Translations under genes and position numbers: made by a program | Part shown: one piece after another, positions 1 through 12,099 of the stretch | How positions within the stretch are numbered: position 1 is the first letter of the stretch | How the letters are laid out: every line of letters starts with the position of its first letter | Notes under the pieces: model-generated | What the model was told of the DNA's origin: nothing | What the model saw: the letters and a program-made list of their open reading frames with translations, nothing else | Database searches by the model: none | NCBI RefSeq assembly: GCF_006345805.1 | Contig: NC_043008.1 | Span: 26,102,001 to 26,166,000, forward strand | DNA from: Octopus sinensis | Taxonomy: Eukaryota | Length of the DNA: 64,000 bases | Direction of reading: 5' to 3'

Positions 1-439
1 GTATTATCTTCAGATGTCTGTGAACCTGTGAACCTCACCATATGATGAAACTTATATACTCACGTTTTTCATTGTTGCAAATACATTTAAAAAAAAAAAA
101 GAAGGAATAATATTGCATGCACACAAAATTATTTATTCATGTATTTTCTTCTTTAAACATCTGAGAAATAACAAGCAACAGCTTGTCATATTGAGGAGAT
201 GTAGCTTTAATTTAGAACACACTTATATATTACTGGGTATGACAACCAAATATGGATAGAAGAAATATCTTTATAAAATAATCAACCTATAAATTAAATA
301 AGAGTTTACCAACAGATGGTGTAAGAATAAATCACATGTGGTAGAATAATATCAGTAAAGTATTAAATGTCAGTGATATTTCTATGCTTCTAAAATACTG
401 CTACATTCTATAATACTTTTCTGACAGCTGAGTGGAAAC

Positions 440-900
440 TACTTTCAAAGTTTGCAATTACAGGATTATGAAATTGTTCTTAAAGTGCTACAAGAAATTT
501 GTAAATATGAAGTGCAAAGAATGATAAAGAAAGAATTTCAAACAGTTCCACCTATGCAGTTTAATTTCACTCAATGTAGAGATATGTTTGAATCAGAAGC
601 ATTTTTTAGAATGTCCATAAGAAACATTCCAGAAGACTTGAGACATCAATGAGCCCCATAAAGCAAGGAAGGGTACAATAAACATATTGCTAGAGTTCAA
701 GACAATTTGTGCAGCGAGCAAGTCATGAGATAGGAATCTCAAAATCAAGCATCCATTGCATTTTGAAATGTTGCCATTGGAAAAGTTACATACCAAAAAT
801 AGTCAGGTTCTCAATGAAGACGAACTGGACCAACATGTGGTTTGTAACTGGCAATTAGCAAGCTGTGTAGAAGATGCAACACATTGAAACGGCTCAATTA
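440..900 (+). mobile_element. Degraded Tc1/mariner-superfamily transposase remnant (N-terminal HTH region)
   Basis: ORF 452..652 (EVQRMIKKEFQTVPP..FTQCRDMFE) and downstream frameshifted ISKSSIHCILK..WKSYIPK resemble the N-terminal HTH region of Tc1/mariner transposases. No TIRs were located and the boundaries are approximate. Confidence 0.55.
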
Positions 901-2329
901 ACCACTGAATTGTACCTGATGGGGACATGAGACACCTAGGCATGGAAGCTAAATCCAGAATAAAATAAATAAAAACCTACCACCTTCGTTATTATTAGAA
1001 GTGAGATGTTTAAGATATGTACAACTGAAGAAATTATAATAGTCCATGTATAATTTCCAACTTTACAAGATTGCATTATAAATAATTTCTAACTTTATTG
1101 CATAGGATTGCATATAATTTGTAATTAATGTAGTTTTGGTGGCAGCAAAGAGATCATTTATTACCTGTAGTACTCTGTTTGATACTGATAAAAGAGGTTT
1201 ATCGTTTTCCATGTTGCATTTATATCTGCTTTTTCCATACTGGCATGAATCAGATGAGATTACTTGAAATAATATTTTGCATCTGCATACCCTACCTCTC
1301 ACCAAATACTTATTGTTTCACATTGAACCATTGTTGCATGTTGGTCATTTTGTTTGTGTCAATGCAAAGTCACTCCAAGACTAACACACACAAACACACA
1401 CACACACACACCCATGGAGTTACTGTCAACTACTCACAAAGCTACAATGATAGAGATTTGCCCAATGAGCTACACTGAGATAAAGCCATTGTAAAGTAAA
1501 CATCTTACCCACTCAGCTTTCCCTGTCACACTCCTCACTCATATTTGCAACATTTAAGAACAGTAACGCAATTCTCTTACATTTTTAGAGTTCTTAGTTG
1601 TGGTTGAAATCTCTTTCTTTAACACAGCTATAAGTTTTTTTTTAAGTGATCTAAGTTTTGGGAGCAGATTCTTTCATTTGTGAATATTATATATCTACGA
1701 AGTACTATACTGTCAATAAAAGTCTTTATTGTTGGAACAGAGGAGAAAACTATAATTCTTTTATTCTTTCACTGATTTCAGTAACTGGATTGGGGTTATA
1801 CTGGGGGACTACATCCAAGGATGTTCAGTAAATCAGATTATCAGATTAACCTATGAAATTATTTCAGCCTGATACACAGTTTAACAATCCCCATAGGGCA
1901 GCTGAGTAACTGTTGCCATAAAGTTGCATAACAATGTTTTACACTAGTAAACGTAAATGTAAGCATTGACATAAATATATGTAATGAATTTCTATGTAAC
2001 TTTCGTATGTAGATTTCTACTCACAACACAAATGCCAACCAGATTCTACAGTTGAAGATACTTGCATAGCATCCCAGGATCTCTGACAGAACTCACAACA
2101 TATGATTGTAAAACAAAATTCTTGTTAGCATTTCTAACTCTATATCAATAACATCAGTTCATGTATTTTCTTTTGTATTTGTGCTTGCTAAATCAAAGGG
2201 TCAATAAACCCATTTAAAATATGCAAAAATATATGTGTGGAAATCAAATTATTGTAAAACACACATACATATAGGTATACATGGAAATGATGTACCCCAA
2301 ACGTATACACACATTTGGCTTATCTAGAA

Positions 2330-4200
2330 AGGGCAGAAGCAGCAAGGAAGAAGTTTACCAGTGTCTCACAGTGTGAAGACAGAAACTTGTAAGACAATGT
2401 ATCAGAGAGAATCAAAATGTTGCAGGAGACAAGTGTATACAGATGAATAATGGTGTGTTTGCACTTAGTGACTCTGAGAAGAACGAGCTGTTGAAGTGCT
2501 ACAATGAAAGGCTATTGAATGTGGAGAATGAATGGGAGAAAGGAAGTATCCCCTCTGTGAACCCAGCAGAGGGACCAGCTATTATAGCTGAGACCAGTAT
2601 GATAGAAAAGGCAATTAAACATATGAAAACAAGGAAAACCTCTGGTCTATCAGGAATTACTGCTGAGAGGTTTAAAATATTTGGTAGATTAAGACAAGGT
2701 CTAGTCATCCATACAATTAATCAGGTTATTCAGAGAGGTGTCATCCCAATGACTGGTATAGAAGCTTTATATTCAGCTGCTACAAGGGTAAGGGAAGAAG
2801 TAATTAGAAGTAATTAGAAAGAAGTAATTACAGAAGTATCAAGTTTATAAACCAAGTGAGAGAGTTATAGCCCAATTAATTAGGAGTAGAATTAGATTAA
2901 ATGAAATACAGTTTGGTGCTGTGCTGGGACAAGCACTAATGATGCTATCTTCATAGTCAAGCAACTACAAGAAAACTATTTATGTAAGAATAAACCATTG
3001 CACTTTTCATTTGTTGACCTGGACAAAACCTTTGACAGAATAGCTCATACTGTGTGATATGGTGGCCTCTGAAGAATCTAGAAATAGAGGAATGGCATAT
3101 AAAAGTAGTACAGGACATGTACAGGGGCACTGTCTGTAAGGTAAGAGTTTTCCATGAGTACAGTGATGAATTTAGTGTACAGGTAAGTGCTCCCCAAGGC
3201 TTTGTAGGTACAGGTAAGTGTTCCCCAAGCCCTCTCCTATTCATCATCATCTTCCAGGCCATAACTGAGTAATTTAAGACCAGCTGCTCATGGGAACTAC
3301 TGCATGCTGATAATCTTGCCTCCTTTGCAGCATCTGTAATAGAACTAGAAAAGCAATTCCAGGTGTGGAAGCAAAACCTGGAATCAAATGGCCTTAAAGT
3401 TAATTGAACAAAAGCTAATATTCTAATAAGCAAGAAAACAGACAGGACCCAACACCCTTCAGGTAAATGGCCCTGTGCAATATGTAGGAAAGGTGTAGGC
3501 AGGAATTCCATTCAGTGTACCCAGTGAAAGCTATGGATACACAAGATGCAGTGGAATTACTGGAAGGTTAACATAAAGTAGTGCTTATTTGTGGAAGAGG
3601 CACGGGATCCATAAACACAACAGATACATGGGAAATTGTTTTTCTCAAATGCCCCACTGGGTCTCTAGAGGTAGTAGATAATATCTGTTACCTAGGTGAC
3701 ATAGTTAGCAGTGGAGTAAAATGTTTTAAAAGTATAATTGCTGGAATAAGAATAGGATGGAGAAAATTCAGAGAGCTTTTACCTTTGTTGGTGACCAAAG
3801 GTCTTTCTCTGAGTAAAAGGAAGATTGTGTGATGCTTGTATATGAACAGCAATGCTACATGTAGTGAAATGTGGGCCCTAAATGCCTAAGATACATAAAG
3901 ACTAGAGTGGAATGAAGCTAGTATGCTCTGTGGGATGAGCAATGTTGGTGTATATGTATGACAGAGTGCTAGTGTATTGAGAAAATAGCTATGCATAAGA
4001 AGAATTAGATGTAATGTGCAAGAGACAAAACTGTGCTGGTTTGGTTATGTGATGCAAATGGATGAGAACAGTTGTATAAAAAATTGCTGGTCACTTTAAG
4101 TAGATGAGATAGAGTTTTTCTGAAGATGCTGGGCCTTATGGAGGAGATGACAAAGGATTGAGATATCTGGTGCCTTGCTATGATTGAGAAGACCTGTCCA
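2330..4200 (+). mobile_element. Degraded RTE-clade LINE (RT region)
   Basis: Broken frames give IEKAIKHMKTRKTSGLSGITAE, IWWPLKNLEIEEW..VVQDMY, SPLLFIIIFQAITE and GIRIGWRKFRELLPLL. These are collinear with the better-preserved copy at 50575-52903. Many stops and frameshifts. Confidence 0.88.
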
Positions 4201-5121
4201 TGACAATGGAATTGATATCCTGACACTGATTTAGTAAATATTTGTATGTGTGAGGCTATGCCTCACCTCCATTCTCACTGCCCCATCAAACATTTCCCTT
4301 GCATCCATCCCCTAACACTCATCACTTCTCTATCAATGATATTATTCAGCTACCATAATGAGCAGAATAAGAACATAGTATATCGCTTCCCTTTCATTAC
4401 TTATCTCTTTCTGCCCCCACCTCCTACCACCAAGAATCACCTCCATTTCTCATTATCTTCTCCTCCCCACTCTTTTCACCAATCACCCCTTTTCTGTACC
4501 TTCAGCCATGCTCTCTGCCATACTCCATTCTAAATACATCTTTCATCTGCTATTATTGTCAAAGCACTCACTACTAGATCACCAATCATCAATTACAAAA
4601 CTCACTCCTATCCCTTCTAACCATCTCCCAACACATTCATACTAATCTTCCCCCCACTCTCTCTCACTTGTCTTTTCCAACTGAGGTACCCTTCAACAAC
4701 AAACACCTATCTTTATCTCTATATTATAATTCTGAAATGCAAAAAGGTTGTTTATCTGGTTTTTGGCATTGAGAACAGGTTAAAGGCCACTAGATCTCGT
4801 CGGATTGACTCCAAAATATACAGGGACATGTCCCGCCATCTCTCTCTCTTTTCTTCCTTTCACTTTCTCTCTATAATGTCGTTTGACAGCGTATACTATT
4901 TTTTCCTCGTTGCCTTCGCCAGCGCTGTCACTATTTCTCCCATATCCCCTCTACGTCTGTCTGCATTCATAGAGAGAATTATCAACGCCACCACCACCAC
5001 CACGCAATCATGAGAACAAATATTAGAATCAGATATTTATTGGGTTAATTATATGTGTGTGTGTTTTATATATAAATATGTATATATAGTGTATATATAC
5101 AAAATGTATATATCTGTATTT

Positions 5122-5191
<70 letters not shown>

Positions 5192-5316
5192 AAAAAATAC
5201 AAACTGGGACAAGAACGCAAAGCATTTAGAAAACGATACAAAAAACACGGACGGGACGTTCGAAGCCTTCAATCTTCAGTCAAGAACTGGATCATCCTCA
5301 CAATTTCGGCTGATTA

Positions 5317-5360
<44 letters not shown>

Positions 5361-5398
5361 CTTGTATACATTTGTATATATAATGCGTACACACACAT

Positions 5399-5460
<62 letters not shown>

Positions 5461-5517
5461 CATTATTGGTGAATTGAAGAAATGGAGCTGAACGCAGATT
5501 GAACAGAAATCGTTTTA

Positions 5518-5607
5518 TTTCATTCTACACGTGTTTCGAAAGGCACAAATTACCAAAATCCGATTGAATAATGGGACCATATTGTGTCTTTCTCTTCAGG
5601 AAGAAAA
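5518..5607 (-). ncRNA. Type I hammerhead ribozyme, mirror copy in left inverted arm
   Basis: Reverse complement of 6738-6827. Confidence 0.78.
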
Positions 5608-5782
5608 AAGGAAATCCGTTGGAAAAACAAAAACAGAACAGAGGCGGAGCAAAAACAAAAACAAATCGAACTATGCTCCTAAGAGCCCATGGCGAAACTG
5701 TTTATCAGTGTATGTTGAGAACCGGTGGCTGAAGAATTCAACGGGTCAGGCATCGGTCAATCATGTGGGTGAGGGTGTATAG

Positions 5783-6136
5783 ATGTTCTTTGTGACCGAG
5801 AATAAAGATGTCTTCACTTATGTAGGGGCATCATCCTCAAGATTGTCTTTGCGTGTCTCCAACCATTACGCAACTTTTCGGGACGTGAACAAGCGCCAGA
5901 CCACGGGACTCAGTAAGCTAATATGGCGACTGAAGGATACGAACTTAAGCTATAGGCTGGAATGGTCAATTTTGTCGGTGGCCCTCCCATTTGATAGGGG
6001 CAGAAGACAGTGCAACCTTTGTGTCTCCGAACTCTTCCATATTTTGTTTGCCAGAGGCCGGATGGTAAACGGGCTCTTACAGTCGGCTTTTCGATGCCCC
6101 CATTGGCGGCGTTACACTTATCTGGCTTTTAAATAG
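5783..6136 (+). CDS. GIY-YIG endonuclease fragment of a Penelope-like element
   Basis: TYVG..SLRVSNH..F......T.LSKLIWRLK......EWSI.......CNLC.SE...I......VN......C.H matches the PLE endonuclease pattern. The YIG-like motif, catalytic-type R/E/N and CNLC are present, with no internal stop. Confidence 0.8.
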   Translation: MFFVTENKDVFTYVGASSSRLSLRVSNHYATFRDVNKRQTTGLSKLIWRLKDTNLSYRLEWSILSVALPFDRGRRQCNLCVSELFHILFARGRMVNGLLQSAFRCPHWRRYTYLAFK

Positions 6137-6737
6137 CGTTTATAAATAATACCGGCACCCATAGCCCTTGGTAACAAATTCTGAAATAGCCTTTAAGATA
6201 TCTACGATTAACCACTGCAAGGGGAATTACTCCTGTAAGACAAACGGGGCTTGGTTTTTTCACAGCGGGGGGTTTCCTTGACAAGGCAGGCTTAGATGAA
6301 CACACACACACATAAAACATAATATATATATATATTTTTTCTTTCTGCCACCCAACGGTTATCACGGCAGTAGCCACTGACAGCCGAACGATCAAACGCA
6401 CACACGTACACAAAAAATGTTTTCTACCCCTACGCCAACACACACATATATAGAACAGTATACACACACACACACGTCTCTAAGTAGATTTTTTCTCGCC
6501 CCTTATAAAACATTCAATATTCCTTAAATAGTCAGAACTTTATTCTCGGTCACAAAGAACATCTATACACCCTCACCCACATGATTGACCGATGCCTGAC
6601 CCGTTGAATTCTTCAGCCACCGGTTCTCAACATACACTGATAAACAGTTTCGCCATGGGCTCTTAGGAGCATAGTTCGATTTGTTTTTGTTTTTGCTCCG
6701 CCTCTGTTCTGTTTTTGTTTTTCCAACGGATTTCCTT

Positions 6738-6827
6738 TTTTCTTCCTGAAGAGAAAGACACAATATGGTCCCATTATTCAATCGGATTTTGGTAATTTGT
6801 GCCTTTCGAAACACGTGTAGAATGAAA
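6738..6827 (+). ncRNA. Type I hammerhead ribozyme (complete core)
   Basis: CTGAAGA at 6746-6752. Stem II is GAAAGACACAA/TTGTGCCTTTC. GAAA is at 6808-6811, followed by C-ACGT-G (palindromic loop) and the GTA cleavage triplet at 6817-6819. Stem I is TTTTCTTC/GAATGAAA with one mismatch. Confidence 0.8.
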
Positions 6828-7074
6828 TAAAACGATTTCTGTTCAATCTGCGTTCAGCTCCATTTCTTCAATTCACCAATAATGTTTTAATTTCAATTAT
6901 CCGCACCAACGCACGGTTGCAACGCCAGATGGTTGTACCTCCAACCGTGCTGTTTACTGCTGTGATTTTTGCTACTAAGGTATCGGTTAAACTTTTGATT
7001 AATCTACTACAAGATTATTCATCTTTCTATTTCACATAAATTATATATATATATATATATAATGCGCATACATC

Positions 7075-7125
<51 letters not shown>

Positions 7126-8051
7126 TATATTATATATATATAATGTGTGCATTATGTGGTTGGTTGAGCTGAAAATATGCACACCTATGTTAAAAGTGCT
7201 GGCGAGTTTGCATGGCAACTACTTTTTTCCTCAAATGAAAGGCGTGACCTCTGGGACAGAATTCCTCATCTTATAAAATGCGGCCCGAGTAGACCTGAAT
7301 GAAATCGGATTATATTAACCAAAATGTGAAAAGAGGTCTAAATGGGGCTGGAAAGGGATTACAATTTACAGGAGCGGGTGTTTAGGAATTCTCTGTTACA
7401 TCAAGTTAAAAAATTTGCGCCAGCCTTTAAATCGTCAATGTGTTGCCGTCCATGATGAAGAAGTTTTGAATGCTTGCCAAGGTGAGTCTACTGTCGTGAG
7501 AAAGAATCACTTCAAAACTTGGTGTTTAGGAATTTTCTTTTACATCAAGTTCAAAATTTTACGCCAGCCGTTAAACTGCCACTATGTTGCTGTCTGTCGT
7601 TAAGAAATGCCAGCCATGGTGACTCTACTATCCTCAGATTCTATCCCTTCAAACTTTGGTTTCCAATATTTTTTTTTTTTTATTCAGCTCGCAAGTTCGT
7701 CTGTCCCTTTTAAATGTTAGTGCTTTGCTGTCTGCCTTGAAGCAGACCTTTCCGTTGTCACTGCCTGATATTTATGGTTGATCTTTCAAAATATTTTACT
7801 TTCTCAAGTTACTCAAGATCTTTTGTTATTTATAAATGGGAGAGAGATAGATAGAGAAAGATAGAGAGCAAGAGAAAGCGAGGGAGAGTCTGAGAGAAAT
7901 GAAGAATAAGAGAGTGGGAAAGTGCGAGAGAAAGGAGAGAGAATGTGGTGATAAAAAACAGAAAGGAAGCAATAGAAAGTAACAACCACACTCTTACCCG
8001 CGCGTAGAGCGGGTCAACTTAAGCTAGTCTGTTATTATTCTTTTAAACGAA

Positions 8052-8262
8052 GGTGGCGAGCTGGCAGAAATGTTAGCATGGTAGGTGAAATGCCTAGCGG
8101 TATTTTGTCTGTCTTTACGCTCTGAGTTCAAATTATGCCAAGGTCAACTTTAGCTTTCATCCTTTTGTGGTTGATAAATAAAATACCAGTTGCATACTGG
8201 GTCGATCTATTCGACTGGCCCCCTACCCCAAACTTTCGGGCCTTGTGCCTAGAGTCAAAAAA
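8052..8262 (+). mobile_element. tRNA-derived SINE (octopus-type), diverged
   Basis: GGTGGCGAGCTGGCAG A-box-like and GAGTTCAAATT B-box-like head. Homologous to 59409-59636. Confidence 0.75.
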
Positions 8263-8289
8263 ATTCTTATAACCTCTCACTAAGTAGCA

Positions 8290-8555
8290 CAAAGCCTCCT
8301 CCATCAACTGAGGGGTCTTTCTTTTGCAAGTTACTTGGTGACCCTGCTACTGCTGGTGCCATGCAAAGAGTACCCAGTACACTCTTTAAAGTGGTTGGCA
8401 TTAGGAAGTGGATCTAGTTGTAGAACCCATGCCAAAGCACATAGAGCTTGGCACAGTCCTCTAGCTTGCCAGCTCTGTAAAACCACTCAACTCATGCTAG
8501 CATGGAAAATGGACGTTACATGATGACAATAATGATGGTGGTGATGATGATGATT
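8290..8555 (+). mobile_element. RTE LINE 3' tail remnant
   Basis: GGCATTAGGAAG...GCTAGCATGGAAAATGGACGTT followed by a (GAT)n-like tail, matching 52750-52903. Confidence 0.7.
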
Positions 8556-8579
8556 TAAAATTGATAACTCACTTAATTT

Positions 8580-9180
8580 GCATTTCTGTTTAGATCTAAC
8601 CTATGATGAAATAAGGGAGTCTACACTAGACTTTGTACATACTGTCTTGTAATCGCAACTACTTCAGTGTGTTGGTCCTCACAGCACTGATCATAAGCAA
8701 ACTCCTTTTCTGCTTCTCCCTTAGTTAGATATACCTGTCTCCTAGCTTCCCTTCTAGCTATCTGATACAGTTCCCTGCTGCCCCCACTCTTCCAGGCCCG
8801 TTTCTCTGTTCTAATGGCCCTGCATATATTATTGTTCCATCACCACGTTAACCTAGGTCTGGAAGGGATTTTGTACCAGCTACAGACCAAATCTGTGATA
8901 CTCAACAAGCTGTCCCACAGGAATTCTCAGTTGCCGTCTATGTCACATGTTTGTAGCTGCTCCCCCTTCTCATCAAATTTCTCAGTTAGGATGTCCTTAA
9001 ATCTCTGACGATGTGAGGAGTCCTTAAGCCTCCAATAAATATCCTGGAAACAGCTGTAAGACGTTCTATCTATAAATATTCTAAAATCTACACAGCCTTG
9101 GTTTTTTATCTCATTACGGAAAAGAAAAATTATATACACACACTGATATTGAACCCTTATTCGCATAATCACCCAACCCG
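8580..9180 (-). mobile_element. RTE LINE fragment (endonuclease-RT linker)
   Basis: The minus frame reads YWRLKDSSHRQRFKDIL... and, after a stop, SWYKIPSRPRLTWWWNN, an RTE linker-type motif. Confidence 0.7.
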
Positions 9181-9688
9181 GAACTTAACTATGGTCTATC
9201 TATAGCTCTTATTCAGCATTACCTGACACCTTTGGGTCTCAGTGACACTATTACCTCTCATAACCTATATATATATATATAAAATTATTAAACAGTGCAA
9301 TACAGTAGTATTGCTTCCCAGTAACAGTCTGTTAATGGCTAGGCATTTCAGATGAGTATATACTGGCATTGATGTCGCGACATTTGAAATTTTGTCTAGT
9401 TGAATCTAGCCAATGAGATCTAATCAAATTTACGTTAACAAACGTAATTTGGAAAGTTCAAAACCTAGGTCCTAGATTATCCACATCTGGGTTGTACATT
9501 TATTTAATGTTCTTCCTACAGGTAAGATGAAGTTTTTATATGTTCACTGCCTGCAAGCATTTTTGCCAGTATAAATATATAGTGAAGCTTTACTATAGCA
9601 TTGTATGTTATCGACTGCTGTTTCCAGTAAATATTGGTGCATTGTTGTACTACTATCTTATTTGTATATATATATATATATATATATA

Positions 9689-10554
9689 CAGTAATTGCTT
9701 GCCGTTTTGTGGTTCACCTATCACGTCCTCAGTACATTGCAGATTTTTCTGGCTAATATATGTAAATTTATATCACAGACACCTCAGTATATCGTGGGTT
9801 ACTGCAACCAATAGGCATTTATATTTTTTTAGGTTTTCATTCTTTCTGTGGTAAAATAAGCATTTTCATGCCTAAAATTGATAAATTAATAGATAAGAAT
9901 ACAGTACAGTACTACACTGTATAACACATTAATTAAAATATATCAAAAGAAAATATGTAGTGTACTGGGGATGAGCAAACAACGAATCGTACATACTGTA
10001 TGGAAAACAAAACTTGGGAGGTGAGTGTGTGGTGTTGCTTTGCATTTGTGTGTAAAATTGTGAATTTATTTCAAGCCCTACAATATCGCCCAAATGTTTT
10101 GCCCCTTCTAAGGCTTCTGGCAGTGAATCCAAGCACCAGAGGAAGATGCTTACTGTAGCAGAGAAGGAGAGACTCCTCGGCATACTTATAGAAGGGAGAA
10201 GATATGCAGATGTAAGCTGTCAAAAGAATGGCAGAAGAATGCAACCCCTAGATGATTCGTGTATTGCAGTTCAGAAATACAAGCAACAGGGCCATGGAAG
10301 TTAATAAAAACGTCCTTACACAGAAGAAAAGGCAGTGCTAGCAAGTACCCATAACTATGTTCCTCACCTGCAAATAAAGAGAAGAGACTGTGGGGAGAGT
10401 TTATAAAAGCTTAAATATATAAAAAATAATAAAATAAATATATACAAAATATAAAATTAATAATTAAAAATACAGTATTGTTTCTACTTCGCAGATTTTC
10501 ACTTATCATGGGGGCTTTTGGAATGAAACACCTATGATAGTTGAGGGATTACTC

Positions 10555-10556
<2 letters not shown>
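9689..10556. mobile_element. Tigger/pogo-like non-autonomous DNA transposon
   Basis: TA|CAGTAATTGCTTG... at the left and ...TTGAGGGATTACTCTG at the right are imperfect inverted termini resembling Tigger-type ends. No coding capacity. Confidence 0.5.
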
Positions 10557-10611
<55 letters not shown>

Positions 10612-10692
10612 GTGTGTGTGTGTATGTGTGTGTGTAAAAACATATATATGTATATATAAACATGCAAGTGCACACACACACACACACACACA

Positions 10693-11939
10693 TCAGGTCA
10701 TTAAGAAATTAAATGTCTGTTTTGAACTGTTTATATTATTTTATCTCAACAAAAAGCAATGCGGTTAATCAAAGAATGTACCTAAATTATCAACAGAATT
10801 TTGCCCTTTTATTTGTAGCTTATTTATGCTGGCAGTGAAGACTTCTGAAGAGTAAGAGATGATGACATCACGAAAGGCTGCCATTACATTTTCTTCAGAT
10901 TTGAAGTTTTTTCCTTGTAAAAAGTTGTTTAATGCCTGGGAAACGTAATAGTCAGTCGGTGAATATAGTGGATGACAGTGTATTTCCAAATTCAGTTCCT
11001 GTAACTTGAGTAGTATTCTCTGGGTAACATGTGGTTGAGCATTGTCTTGCAAGAAACTTTGCCTGTCACTACTGACCAATCTCGGTTGTTTGATTGCAAG
11101 TTTACTCATCATTCCATCTTGTTGGTTGATGTATATATCCATTGTAATTGACTTGCCAGGTTTCATGAAGTTGTAGTGGATGACACCAGTGCTGGACCAT
11201 TAGCTTTTTCTGGTGAATATTCTTTTTTGGAGTGTGTTGTGGCACTTTGTCTCTCTCCAACTACCATGCAGAATGCTTGCTATTGTTGAAAAGAATCCAT
11301 TTTCCATAATACGTAACAATACGATGCAAAAATTGCTTACTGTTATCTGTGACAGCAAAAAACAGCAAGTTTCAATACAACATGTCATTTGATGCTCGTT
11401 CAGTTTGTGGGGTGCCCCCTTGTCTAGCTTCTTTAACTTGCTGATTTATTTGAGACGGTCCAGTATAGTTGGAATTGAACCATCAAACCTTGCTGCTAAC
11501 TCCTGCGTAGTTTTGAGGTGTATCTGCTTCCACTAGAGTTTTTTGTTCATCATTATCCACCTTGGTCTCAGGTCTACCATGGGGCTGATTTTCAAGAGTA
11601 AAGTCACTAGACCAGAACCTCACAAACCATCAATGTACGATGTGCTCATTTGCCACATCTTCTCCAAACATCTCATTCATGCTTCAAGATGACTGAGATG
11701 CATTGGTTTCATGACAGAACTCATATTCATAAACATCACGAATTTTTTATCGATCCTTGGCTTCACAAAAATTGATTTACAAGAGAAAACGCACAATATA
11801 ATCTGACATCATGAATTGCATTTTGAAAAGTGAAGATGTAACTCTTCAATGTTGTAAAACAAAGAATTATCAGGATAAAACATTAGAGTTAACAACTGTC
11901 ACACTTGGTGCATATGATATTTCATTCTTAATGACCTGA
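10693..11939 (-). mobile_element. Mariner transposon, full-length but degraded
   Basis: 15-bp perfect TIR TCAGGTCATTAAGAA (10693-10707) / TTCTTAATGACCTGA (11925-11939). ORF 10765..11166 has LQDNAQPH and HPLYSPTDYY mariner catalytic-domain motifs. Confidence 0.85.
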
Positions 11940-12099
11940 GATATAAATGTGTGTGTGTGTGTGTGTATGGATATAAACTACATTTGCAGATAAACAGATT
12001 ATATATTGTCATTAACTAAGGTGTGGGGGAAAAGAGAGTAAGACTATCAGTTTGTCTATCTCCCTTCATTGAACCCAGATTGATTTATTTTTGCACATT

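Larger units (their letters stand above)
5459..7045 (+). mobile_element. Penelope-like solo pLTR/GIY-YIG unit with 349-bp inverted arms
   Basis: 5459-5807 is the reverse complement of 6538-6886 (the track gives identical ORFs 5531..5782+ and 6563..6814-). It encloses a GIY-YIG C-terminal half, carries a hammerhead motif and is flanked by (TA)n. Confidence 0.8.
4731..8027 (+). mobile_element. Non-autonomous Helitron-like element, copy 1 (with nested insertions)
   Basis: Starts TCTGAAATGC at 4731. Ends with the hairpin ACCCGC-gcgtaga-GCGGGT (7996-8014), then CTAG (8024-8027) and T. It shares both termini and most internal sequence with 59678-61792. Confidence 0.68.
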
